47,637 bases of DNA from an uncultured Bdellovibrionales bacterium (GTDB lineage Bacteria > Patescibacteriota > Minisyncoccia > Moranbacterales > UBA11712): the NCBI GenBank assembly GCA_964543275.1, contig CAZIWW010000002.1:1-47637 (forward strand). The letters run 5' to 3'. Positions 17,004 to 25,219 of the stretch are shown here, piece after piece. The notes below the pieces were generated by a model. That model searched no databases. It had not been told where the DNA came from and was given only the letters and a program-made list of their open reading frames with translations. Both the position numbers and the translations under genes were made by a program. The first letter of the stretch is position 1; every line of letters begins with the position of its first letter.

Positions 17004-17023
17004 TTGGCGGCATTAGCCGCCAA
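17004..17023 (+). terminator. GC-rich hairpin TTGGCGGC-ATTA-GCCGCCAA after the 627-aa membrane protein gene
   Basis: Perfect 8-bp stem with a 4-nt loop, 46 nt after the stop at 16958; no U-tract follows, so terminator function is uncertain. Confidence 0.3.
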
Positions 17024-17045
17024 GGTAAAGATTGAGCCAAAAAAT

Positions 17046-17480
17046 ATGTCCTCCAAAATAATAATCATTGCAACCATTGCGTTAGTTCTACTTGGAACAT
17101 CTCTCCTTTTTATAATCGAGTCTTTTAATCACGATTACGATTACCGCAAAAACTGGAGCGTGGTTTACTTTAATGACCCTAACTACGAATCCATCAGAGG
17201 CCAAGACGACCCTTGGAAACTCAAATTCACCATTGAAAATCATCAAGGGGAAAAAGCGGAATACAGCTATAAAGTTTTCGTGAACGACGAACAAGTTACC
17301 GACGGCAAAGCTGAAATTAAAAAAGGCGAGAAAAAAATAATCTCGCCGCGCGTAAATTTTAAAGATGTTTTATCAGCCTTTGAAAAAAACGATCAGCCAA
17401 TTAAAATTACCATAGAAGTTGATACTGAAGATCGAGAGTATGAGATATATAAATATATAAGCCTGGTCGCTAAACAATAA
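17046..17480 (+). CDS. small N-terminally anchored exported protein
   Basis: ATG at 17046 (MSSKIIIIATIALVLL) preferred over the TTG at 17004, which lies inside the hairpin; single TM followed by a beta-rich domain of about 115 aa. Confidence 0.6.
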   Translation: MSSKIIIIATIALVLLGTSLLFIIESFNHDYDYRKNWSVVYFNDPNYESIRGQDDPWKLKFTIENHQGEKAEYSYKVFVNDEQVTDGKAEIKKGEKKIISPRVNFKDVLSAFEKNDQPIKITIEVDTEDREYEIYKYISLVAKQ

Positions 17481-17546
17481 ATTTCTATTATAAATTTCGC
17501 GAAGCTAGTTTCCGATTTCTAAAATCTGCAGAAATTCATAGAAATT
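17480..17546. repeat. spacer-spanning inverted repeat built from AATTTC words
   Basis: AATTTCTAT (17480-17488) pairs with ATAGAAATT (17538-17546), and AATTTC (17493-17498) pairs with GAAATT (17531-17536). The left arm overlaps the stop codon and the right arm abuts the next gene. Confidence 0.7.
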
Positions 17547-17568
17547 CGTGAAAACTAATAGTATTAAA

Positions 17569-18714
17569 ATGAAAGTTCTCCTCGTCACCCGCCCAATTTG
17601 CCCTCCTTGGGATGAAGCTTCTAAAAATTTTGCTTACGACCTAGCTTGCAACATTAAGGACGCTGAAATCCACCTGCTTACTTATGAAAAATTAAGCGAT
17701 TTGCCCACTAATATAATTCAAGAAGATATCTATTCCGAAGCTGGCCTTAATCTTAATCAGAAATACAGGCTGTATAAATTCTTAAAGAAAGCCGACGGCT
17801 TTGATATTATTCATTCGTTATTTACTCCAACCAAACTTAATTCGTTTCTTTTAAAAAGAGCCCTGCGAAATAAGCCCGCCAAAATTATCCAAACCGCGGC
17901 TACTCTGCGGGAAGATTTATACAGCAAGAATGATTTTAAAAAAATGCTTTTTGGAGAACTGATAATTACTTATTCCGATTACGCCAAAGAAAAATTAGAA
18001 AAGATGGGATTTAATAACATTAAAAGAATTTATCCGGGGATTGATACTCTAAAATATTCTCCAGCTCCGAAAAATTTTGAACTGGCTAAACGTTTCAACA
18101 TTGACAACGGCGATTTCGTCATCAACTTCCCGGGAGAATATACCCGACTGGGAGCCATTGACGACGTGATTGAAACCTTTGCTAATTTAATCAGCGAAAG
18201 AAAAAACCTAAAATTACTGCTGGCGTGCCGGGTTAAAAATGAGAAAGACCTGCAAAAGAAAAAAGAAATCGTAGGAAGGCTAAAAGAAAAAAATATTTTA
18301 GGCAGAGCCGCTTTCGCCGATGATCGGAATTATAAAATGGAAGATATTTACAATCTCTCCGAAATAATAATTTTTCCCGCGCGCGACATGCGCGGCAAGT
18401 TTGACATCCCCTTGGCTATCATTGAAGCGATGGCTTGCCGCAAACCGGTCATCGCGAGTAATATTAAAAGGTTGAAATGCTTTCTTAATAACACTAATAG
18501 TATTTTAATCAATACCGGCGACCGCGGAGCGCTTAAGGAAAAAATTTTATACTTGCATAGTAACCATGAAGCAAGAAAAAATCTCGGCGAAAAAGGAATG
18601 CAGTTCGCAATAGAAAATTTTGACATAAGGAAAATAGCAAAAGAATATAAAGAAGTTTACAGAAACTTAACCAGCTCTTCTCCTTTTATTAGAGAAGAAA
18701 AGATAAACAAATAA
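17569..18714 (+). CDS. glycosyltransferase, GT-B fold (GT4-like)
   Basis: ATG at 17569 (MKVLLVTRP) preferred over the GTG at 17548; C-terminal IIFPARDMRGKFDIPLAIIEAMACRKPVIAS motif. Confidence 0.75.
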   Translation: MKVLLVTRPICPPWDEASKNFAYDLACNIKDAEIHLLTYEKLSDLPTNIIQEDIYSEAGLNLNQKYRLYKFLKKADGFDIIHSLFTPTKLNSFLLKRALRNKPAKIIQTAATLREDLYSKNDFKKMLFGELIITYSDYAKEKLEKMGFNNIKRIYPGIDTLKYSPAPKNFELAKRFNIDNGDFVINFPGEYTRLGAIDDVIETFANLISERKNLKLLLACRVKNEKDLQKKKEIVGRLKEKNILGRAAFADDRNYKMEDIYNLSEIIIFPARDMRGKFDIPLAIIEAMACRKPVIASNIKRLKCFLNNTNSILINTGDRGALKEKILYLHSNHEARKNLGEKGMQFAIENFDIRKIAKEYKEVYRNLTSSSPFIREEKINK

Positions 18715-18718
18715 ATTT

Positions 18719-20230
18719 ATGACCAACTACAATCTAAAATCTCTATCCCCGCACAAAAAAATTATCGAACCAATCGACAATATGAAAGTCCCGGTAATTC
18801 TCCATATTGACAACGAACTGATGCCTAACGATGATACTATCAACGAACTCATTAACATCGCCAGCGACCCCAATGTCTTTCATCATATTGCCGTCCTCTC
18901 CGACGTACATTCTAAGAAAGGCAGAAAAAATCCGACCGGAACCGCCGTGGCCACCAAAAGATACATTCTGCCGCAGACTACCGACACCGCTCCCAACTGC
19001 GGAATGAGGCTTATTAAAACTCCCTTTGGCGAAAACGATCTTTCAGAAAATCAAATTGACCGGCTTTTTGAAGAACTGGTCAAAACGATCCCGACCGTAA
19101 CCTATATCGGAACCAAAATACCCTATCAAGTGGTAATGGATGTTTGTCGCCGCGGCTCGCAGGCCGTGATCGATCATTTTAAAATGAATACCAACGAAGC
19201 GGAAAATACTTTTAATCGCGGCAACTTTTTTGACCAGATTCCAAGTGAAAAAGAAATTTTAAGTTCCATCCCAAAAGTTTTTTTGCGCATCGCCCAACTG
19301 CGGATGGGAATTCTCGGCGCGGCCGGCAACCATTTTCTGGATTTAATGAAAGCCACCGATATCGTTGACGAAGACGCCGCCCAAAAGCTTGGCATTAAAA
19401 AGGGGCAATATCTTTTTCTGATGCATACCGGTTCGGGAATGCTTGGGCAATACGCTTCTTATTTTTACACACCCAAAGTCAAAGAACACCGCAGTCAGAA
19501 AATCGTGTTGGAGATGGGACGGCGCGCTTTTCTAAAGAGGAATAATCCCGCACACGAGCAATTGCGGCGCGAAATTCCTCTCTGGAAAAACAAGCGGGAG
19601 TTTTACCCCATTGACAGCCAAAGCGAGCTAGGACGGATGTTTCTTACCGCCCACAACGCCAGTGCCAATCACGGATCCGCCAACCGAGCTGTTCTAACTC
19701 ATAATCTCCGCAAAGCTATTAAAAAAGTCTGGCAGAAAGATCTGGAACTGCCTCTGGTTTATGATATGCCGCATGTCTACATCCGGGAGGAGGAACACTA
19801 CGGCGAAAAAGTTTTTGTCCACCGCAACGGCACCACCCGCGCCTTTGGCCCGGCCCGCATGAAATCAATCCCAGAGCTCGGCTCTGGGACATTTGCAGAA
19901 ACTGGAGAGCCCATTTTCGTTCCCTCTTCGATGAGCACACCATGCTACCTCGGCGTCGGCACCGACGAAAATGAATCAACATTCTTCTCCGCCAGTCACG
20001 GCACCGGAAAATCCAAAACATCCCGCGGCGAAACCCCTCAAAATCGAGACGAGTTAGTCAAGAAGATGAAAAAAAACAAAGTTAAATTATTTAACGCCCA
20101 ATCCCGTCAAATCATCGAGCAAGACAGCTCGCAGTATAAAGATGTGGAAAAGGTAATTGAAGGAATGGTGGAAAACAAAATTATCAAAGTAGTGGCTAAG
20201 ATGCAGCCTGTAGCGGTGCTGATGGCATAA
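18719..20230 (+). CDS. rtcB: RtcB-family RNA ligase
   Basis: 503 aa. LSDVHSKKG, APNCGMRL, GNHFLDL, MHTGSGMLG, HNASANH, VHRNGTTRAF, SASHGTGK and C-terminal YKDVEKV...PVAVL follow the order of RtcB metal-binding and guanylyl-His motifs. Starts 4 nt after the GT4 stop. Confidence 0.8.
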   Translation: MTNYNLKSLSPHKKIIEPIDNMKVPVILHIDNELMPNDDTINELINIASDPNVFHHIAVLSDVHSKKGRKNPTGTAVATKRYILPQTTDTAPNCGMRLIKTPFGENDLSENQIDRLFEELVKTIPTVTYIGTKIPYQVVMDVCRRGSQAVIDHFKMNTNEAENTFNRGNFFDQIPSEKEILSSIPKVFLRIAQLRMGILGAAGNHFLDLMKATDIVDEDAAQKLGIKKGQYLFLMHTGSGMLGQYASYFYTPKVKEHRSQKIVLEMGRRAFLKRNNPAHEQLRREIPLWKNKREFYPIDSQSELGRMFLTAHNASANHGSANRAVLTHNLRKAIKKVWQKDLELPLVYDMPHVYIREEEHYGEKVFVHRNGTTRAFGPARMKSIPELGSGTFAETGEPIFVPSSMSTPCYLGVGTDENESTFFSASHGTGKSKTSRGETPQNRDELVKKMKKNKVKLFNAQSRQIIEQDSSQYKDVEKVIEGMVENKIIKVVAKMQPVAVLMA

Positions 20231-20268
20231 TTTTACGAAATACGAAATTTCCGAACTACGAAAAAAAA
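20231..20268. repeat. left arm of 38-nt imperfect inverted repeat (ACGAAAT heptamers)
   Basis: TTTTACGAAATACGAAATTTCCGAACTACGAAAAAAAA starts 1 nt after the rtcB stop; its first 16 nt are exactly complementary to 20686-20701. Confidence 0.8.
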
Positions 20269-20279
20269 GAAAACAAAAA

Positions 20280-20654
20280 AAAGCACTTAATATACGCCGA
20301 GAATGTTATCAAATAATAGGAATATCATTTAAAGTCTTTAAGAGACTAGGTTTTGGACATAAGAAAATTTTCTACCAAAAAGCTTTAGCTAAATAATTTA
20401 AAGATAATAAGATTAATTTCAGATAGCAGTTGCGATGTAAAGTGAGATATGGAAACAAAGATTTGGGAATTTATGCGCTGGATTTTCTGGTTTTTGGAAA
20501 AATTATTTTAGAATTAAAACAAAAGAGTTTCATTTCTGCCAAGAATATTGATCAGCTTTATAAATACCTTAGAGCTACTAACCTAAAACTCGGCTTAATA
20601 ATTACATTTACCAGAGATGGTATAGAATACAAAAGAGTTGTAAATCTTAGATAG
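20280..20654 (+). pseudogene. GxxExxY-family (PD-(D/E)xK-like) gene remnant
   Basis: The frame continuous with ORF 20430-20654 reads IIGISFKVFKRLGFGHKKIFYQKALAK*FKDNKINFR*QLRCKVRYGNKDLGIYALDFLVFGKIILELK. It has in-frame TAA 20394-20396 and TAG 20424-20426, no start codon, and the signature Glu reads Lys. Confidence 0.7.
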
Positions 20655-20663
20655 TCTTTCCCG

Positions 20664-20701
20664 CTAATTTCGTATTTTCGCCAAATTCGTATTTCGTAAA
20701 A
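20664..20701. repeat. right arm of 38-nt imperfect inverted repeat
   Basis: CTAATTTCGTATTTTCGCCAAATTCGTATTTCGTAAAA ends 2 nt before the ATG at 20704. Confidence 0.8.
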
Positions 20702-20703
20702 CA

Positions 20704-21318
20704 ATGGAGATTATTACTCTCTCCGGCCTTGACGGCTCGGGTAAATCAACACAAATAGAACTCCTTAAAGAATTCCTCAAAAGACAGGGAAAAAGTTTTT
20801 ACTATTTCCACGCCGTCTCTTTTTCAGTCGCTCAAAGACTCAACCTTAGCGATTTGCTAAGATTGAGTCTTAACGAGAAACCAGCCAAAGGAGTTATTAA
20901 GGCAAACTGGCTGCAAATCCAGCTTCGCAAGCTTGCTCTGTTAATTGACATACTAAGATTCAAGCGCTTAACGAAGAAACTTAAAGTTGATTACATCATC
21001 AGCGATCGGTATTTTTACGACAGCGTGGTAAATATAAATTATTTATCAAATAAGAATAAGAAGCTATTTGCAGAAAGATTTATCCCAAAACCGGATTTTG
21101 CGTTTTTTATTAGAATAAATCCAGAAATTATTATGCAACGCGAGCGAAAACCGGATCAGGGATTAGAGTACCTGATAGCTAAGGAAAAAATATACAAAAA
21201 TAGAACCAAAGATTGGAAAATGATTGTAGTGAACGGAGAAAATGATAAGAAAGATGTAGGCGAGGAAATTATATTTAAGTTCAAGTCCAAAATGTCAAAT
21301 CCGCGTATTAAATCCTAA
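20704..21318 (+). CDS. P-loop nucleotide kinase, thymidylate-kinase-like
   Basis: N-terminal Walker A LSGLDGSGKSTQ, SDRYFYDS (DRY-type) motif and lid-like QRERKPDQG; it lacks the usual REPGG segment, so the substrate is uncertain. Confidence 0.55.
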   Translation: MEIITLSGLDGSGKSTQIELLKEFLKRQGKSFYYFHAVSFSVAQRLNLSDLLRLSLNEKPAKGVIKANWLQIQLRKLALLIDILRFKRLTKKLKVDYIISDRYFYDSVVNINYLSNKNKKLFAERFIPKPDFAFFIRINPEIIMQRERKPDQGLEYLIAKEKIYKNRTKDWKMIVVNGENDKKDVGEEIIFKFKSKMSNPRIKS

Positions 21319-21349
21319 AACCTTTGAAAGCTCCTGCATTTTAGCCGTA

Positions 21350-21377
21350 GTTTTAAGTTTTGACATTTGATTTTTGA
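21350..21377. repeat. four tandem heptamers GTTTTAA GTTTTGA CATTTGA TTTTTGA
   Basis: Read directly; contains TTGACA (21360-21365); shares 22 nt with 23775-23808. Confidence 0.8.
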
Positions 21378-21389
21378 GATAAATAATTT

Positions 21390-22853
21390 ATGTCTCGCTT
21401 TCTCGTAAAATCATTTTTCTGGCTGACCGCCAGCGAAATAATTTACAATCTTACAGCTTACGTAATCCATGGCGGAATGGGGCGAATTTTGGGTCCGGCG
21501 GAATACGGAAGATACGCCATCGTGATAACGCTTACCACTATGATCGTTGTCCTCATCGGTCGAAGCGTCCCAACCGCTATGTCAAAATACTTAAGCGAGA
21601 TCTCTAAAACCAGTGCCGGACTCATTCCAATAATAAAAAAACAGACCGCTGTCATTCAAACAATCTTAATTGGCGGCGTTACCTTAATCTTCTTTCTGTT
21701 AGCCCCGGTAATTTCCCGCCTTCTCGGCGATCTAACTCTTGTCCCGCTCTTTCGGTTGTCAACGCTGATTATTCCCGCTTTTGCTTTGTCCTCATTTTAT
21801 TTTTATTACTTTACCGGACTTCACCGATTCAATACGCAGGCGTTTCTCAAAACCATCCGCTCCGCCGCCCGCCTTGTTTTTATTTTAGGATTGGCTTGGT
21901 ATTTTAAATCGCGCGGCTTCGCCCTGGAAGGCGCAATTCTCGGCTATGTCCTAGCCCCGCTCTCGGTATTCTTTGCCGCAATTTTACTCGACCCGCATAG
22001 AAAACGGAAATCCGAAGGTCAATTTGATTGGAGACAGCTAATTTACTACGCTTGGCCAGTTACTCTCTTTCTAATCGCTTACGAATTTCTGATAACCATT
22101 GACCTTTATCTAGTCAAAGGAATTTTGCGCGACGATTACTTAACAGGAATTTACAATGCCGCCATCACCGTCGGCCGCATTCCGTATTATTTATTCTACG
22201 CCCTCACTATCATTCTCCTTCCCACCGTTTCCAAAACTACATCCAGCAATGACCATAACGAAACCGAAAAAATCATCAGCCAGTCTCTGCGCTTAATGAT
22301 AATGTTTCTAATGCCGACTTGTATCTTGATGTCATTTTTTTCCGAACCAATAATTAAAATTTTCTTTACTTCCAAATTCGTTGACGCCGCTTTGCCGATG
22401 TCTATTTTCGTCTTCGGTATTGGCTTTCTGACCGTCTTTTATGTTTTAACTTTTATTCTCAACGGCGCCGGCAAAGTCAAAGTTCCGATGATTATTTCTT
22501 TCTTTGGGCTTGCTATCAACGTTATCCTCACCTACTTCCTCATAAAAAAATACGCCCTATTAGGCGCCGTGATTGGAACTTCAATTACCTCATTCGTGAT
22601 AATGGTTATAATTCTCGTTTACGCTTATCGACACTTCGGCTACCTATTTAAGTTAAAGAGTTTTATTAAAATAATCTTAGCTTCCCTTGGAATGCTCGCC
22701 GCAGCATTCTTACTGCCCCGGGAGAATTATACTTTCATTATTTGGTCGGTTATTTTGATAGGATTCTACCTTCTGATTTTATTTCTCCTTCGCGAATTCG
22801 GACCTAGCGAGTTGGCTCTAATAAAACAACTATCTTCTAGGAAGAAAAAGTAA
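21390..22853 (+). CDS. Wzx-like oligosaccharide flippase (MOP / polysaccharide biosynthesis protein family)
   Basis: 487 aa with about 14 evenly spaced hydrophobic spans and no large loops; size, topology and locus context. Confidence 0.65.
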   Translation: MSRFLVKSFFWLTASEIIYNLTAYVIHGGMGRILGPAEYGRYAIVITLTTMIVVLIGRSVPTAMSKYLSEISKTSAGLIPIIKKQTAVIQTILIGGVTLIFFLLAPVISRLLGDLTLVPLFRLSTLIIPAFALSSFYFYYFTGLHRFNTQAFLKTIRSAARLVFILGLAWYFKSRGFALEGAILGYVLAPLSVFFAAILLDPHRKRKSEGQFDWRQLIYYAWPVTLFLIAYEFLITIDLYLVKGILRDDYLTGIYNAAITVGRIPYYLFYALTIILLPTVSKTTSSNDHNETEKIISQSLRLMIMFLMPTCILMSFFSEPIIKIFFTSKFVDAALPMSIFVFGIGFLTVFYVLTFILNGAGKVKVPMIISFFGLAINVILTYFLIKKYALLGAVIGTSITSFVIMVIILVYAYRHFGYLFKLKSFIKIILASLGMLAAAFLLPRENYTFIIWSVILIGFYLLILFLLREFGPSELALIKQLSSRKKK

Positions 22854-22909
22854 AAAAAGTCTGTGATATTGGCCGGCATGAGAGCGATCGCTTGCGAATT
22901 TTAATCACA

Positions 22910-23743
22910 TTATTTCTCTGCCAACAGCACCACATTCCGCATCAGCATCGCTACCGTCATCGGACCGACGCCGCCTGGGACGGGAGTAATATAAGAAGCT
23001 TTTTTGCTAACGGATTTGAAGTCAACATCGCCGCATATTTTGCCGCCCTCGCGGCTAATCCCCACATCAATTACCACCGCTCCTTTTTTAACCATATTAC
23101 CTTTAATTAAATTTTTCTTTCCCACCGCCGATACCAAAATATCGGCGTTTTTTGTAAATCTGCCAAGATTTCTGGTCTTGTTATGGCACACCGTCACCGT
23201 CGCGTCTCTACTCGCGAGCGTTTGCGCGATCGGCTTGCCAGCCAGATTTGAATACCCTACCACCACAGCGCATTTTCCGGCCACAGAAATATTATACTCG
23301 TCTAAAATTTTATCAACTCCCCAAGCCGTTGCCGGCACACAGCTAGCATCTTTAATGCCGTTCTGAATAAATTTTCCAAAATTTAAGGGATGAACGCAAT
23401 CCGCATCTTTCTTACAATCAATGCTTTCAAGTATTTTTCGGCTGTCAATTTTTTTCGGCAACGGAAGTTGAACCAGAATCCCGTCAACTTCCTTGTCCTG
23501 ATTAAGCCTTCCAATTTCCCGCAATAATTTATTTTGAGAAACATTTTTGGAAAGTTTAATCTCCCGCGAATTTATCCCCGCTTCCCAGCAAGCCACTTTT
23601 TTACTTCTTACATAAACAACCGACGCCGGATCGCGACCAACTAAAACTATAGCCAAAACCGGCTTCTTTCCCATTCGAGAAACCCGCTTTTTTATATCTT
23701 GTTTAATTTTTTCAGCTAATTTTTTACCGTCGAGGATTTTCAT
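22910..23743 (-). CDS. folD: bifunctional methylenetetrahydrofolate dehydrogenase/cyclohydrolase
   Basis: 277 aa; VGRDPASVVYVRSK, LPLPKKID, GKCAVVVGYSNLAGKPIAQ, VTVCH and PVPGGVGPMT motifs. Confidence 0.95.
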   Translation of the reverse strand: MKILDGKKLAEKIKQDIKKRVSRMGKKPVLAIVLVGRDPASVVYVRSKKVACWEAGINSREIKLSKNVSQNKLLREIGRLNQDKEVDGILVQLPLPKKIDSRKILESIDCKKDADCVHPLNFGKFIQNGIKDASCVPATAWGVDKILDEYNISVAGKCAVVVGYSNLAGKPIAQTLASRDATVTVCHNKTRNLGRFTKNADILVSAVGKKNLIKGNMVKKGAVVIDVGISREGGKICGDVDFKSVSKKASYITPVPGGVGPMTVAMLMRNVVLLAEK

Positions 23744-23802
23744 AGCTGGAGCAAATTATAATTTTCATATAAACAGTTTTAAGCTTTGAGCGCAGTTTTG
23801 AC

Positions 23803-23837
23803 ATTTGAGCTTTGAGTTTTGAGCTTTCATCTTTCAT
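23803..23837. repeat. five tandem heptamers ATTTGAG CTTTGAG TTTTGAG CTTTCAT CTTTCAT
   Basis: Read directly in the glyA-folD spacer, ending 1 nt before the glyA stop codon. Confidence 0.85.
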
Positions 23838-23838
23838 C

Positions 23839-25137
23839 TCACATCCCATTATACAGCGGAAACTCCTCACACAACTCCCTTATCACTTTTGCCGATTTTT
23901 TAATATTTCTCTTGCTTTCCAGTATATCCGCAATGGCGTTCCCTAGAATTTCCATTTCCTGCTCCTTCATTCCGCGGATGGTCACGCACGGCGTTCCAAG
24001 GCGAATGCCGCTTGGGTTATAAGGCGGGTTGGGGTCATGCGGAATGGCATTCTTGTTTAGAGAAATTCCAATTTTTTCCAGCCGCTCTTCGGCTTCTTTG
24101 CCGGTTATTTTAAACGGCGTAACATCCATCAAGATTAAATGATTATCCGTTCCGCCGGTCATCAGCCGCAGACCGCGGGCGTTAAAAATTTCGGCTAACT
24201 TTTGACAGTTTTTTACTACCTGCTTAGCCCATTTTTTAAACTCTTTAGTACCGGCTTCCTTGAGAGCCACAGCTATACCAGCAATGGTATGCATATGCGG
24301 GCCGCCCTGCATTCCCGGAAAAATGGAGCGGTCAATTAAAGTCGGCAAATCTTTTTTAGCCGGATTTTTAATGGGCTTCAGAAAGTTAGACGGATTGCCG
24401 TCGCACATAATCATTCCCGCCCTAGGCCCGCGAAGAGTTTTATGGGTAGTAGTTGTGATAATATCAGCGATTCCGGCAGGACTGGGATGAACTCCCGCCG
24501 CGACAAGACCGGCAATGTGAGCGATGTCGGCCATTAAGTAGGCTCCAACCTTTTTGGCGATTTTGGAAAATTTCACAAAATCAATCACGCGCGGATAGGC
24601 AGTAGCGCCGCAGATAATTATTTTAGGTTTGTGTTTTTTAGCCAATGTTTCCACTTCATTGAAGTCTATAAAGCCATTTTTGTCGGTAGTGTAAGAAATA
24701 GATTTAAAATATTTAGCGGTCACATTAACTTTCCAACCGTGAGTCAGGTGCCCGCCGAAACGCAAATCCATGCCCATAATCGCGTCTCCCGGCGCGCAAA
24801 CAGCGTTGAGAGCCGCAAAATTGGCCGGAGAGCCGCTGTAAGGCTGAACGTTAACATGATCCACTCTGAACAATTTCTTAGCTCGTTTAATGGCGATTTG
24901 CTCCACAATATCGGTATATTTCTGACCAGCGTAATAGCGCTTTTTGGGATAGCCCTCGGAATACTTATTATTTAGTATCGATCCTATGGCTTCCAAAACC
25001 GCCCTCGAAGCGTAAGACTCTGAAGGAATCATTTCCAGCCCGTTTTGCTGACGATCTAATTCTCCCGAAACAGCTCTGTAAATCTCCGGGTCCTCCTCCT
25101 TTAAATGTTCGTAAACTTGCTCGCGTTGCTTTTTCAT
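23839..25137 (-). CDS. glyA: serine hydroxymethyltransferase
   Basis: 432 aa; SGSPANFA, TTTHKTLRGPRAG (PLP-lysine context) and GMQGGPH motifs. Confidence 0.95.
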   Translation of the reverse strand: MKKQREQVYEHLKEEDPEIYRAVSGELDRQQNGLEMIPSESYASRAVLEAIGSILNNKYSEGYPKKRYYAGQKYTDIVEQIAIKRAKKLFRVDHVNVQPYSGSPANFAALNAVCAPGDAIMGMDLRFGGHLTHGWKVNVTAKYFKSISYTTDKNGFIDFNEVETLAKKHKPKIIICGATAYPRVIDFVKFSKIAKKVGAYLMADIAHIAGLVAAGVHPSPAGIADIITTTTHKTLRGPRAGMIMCDGNPSNFLKPIKNPAKKDLPTLIDRSIFPGMQGGPHMHTIAGIAVALKEAGTKEFKKWAKQVVKNCQKLAEIFNARGLRLMTGGTDNHLILMDVTPFKITGKEAEERLEKIGISLNKNAIPHDPNPPYNPSGIRLGTPCVTIRGMKEQEMEILGNAIADILESKRNIKKSAKVIRELCEEFPLYNGM

Positions 25138-25176
25138 AGAGATCGCTTTAAAAAATTATTTATTCTCTTGTGCCCT

Positions 25177-25206
25177 GTAGTGGGTAGCGCATATCGCGTC
25201 CCCTAC
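25177..25206 (-). other. GC-rich bulged hairpin between the 759-aa membrane protein gene and glyA
   Basis: GTAG(T)GGG (25177-25184) pairs with CCCCTAC (25200-25206); embedded in a visibly GC-rich 40-nt island (25170-25209) within an AT-rich spacer. Confidence 0.4.
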
Positions 25207-25219
25207 GCCATTTGATAAA

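Noticed and set aside
22883-22892. HIP1-like palindrome AGCGATCGCT between the convergent wzx and folD genes
   Set aside because: I noticed only a single copy in the window. It is too short to form a hairpin with a loop, and there is no evidence of an iterated family.
22910-25137. glyA-folD as a dedicated one-carbon supply for a formylated sugar (Arn-like pathway)
   Set aside because: No formyltransferase or sugar aminotransferase is visible in the window. These are universal housekeeping genes, and compact genomes often interleave them with other operons.
25138-25219. ZTP (pfl) or THF riboswitch upstream of glyA-folD
   Set aside because: The spacer is only 82 nt. I could not find the conserved GGGTCGTGACTGGCG / CCGCCTGGGCA-type segments. 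Only a short bulged GC hairpin is present.
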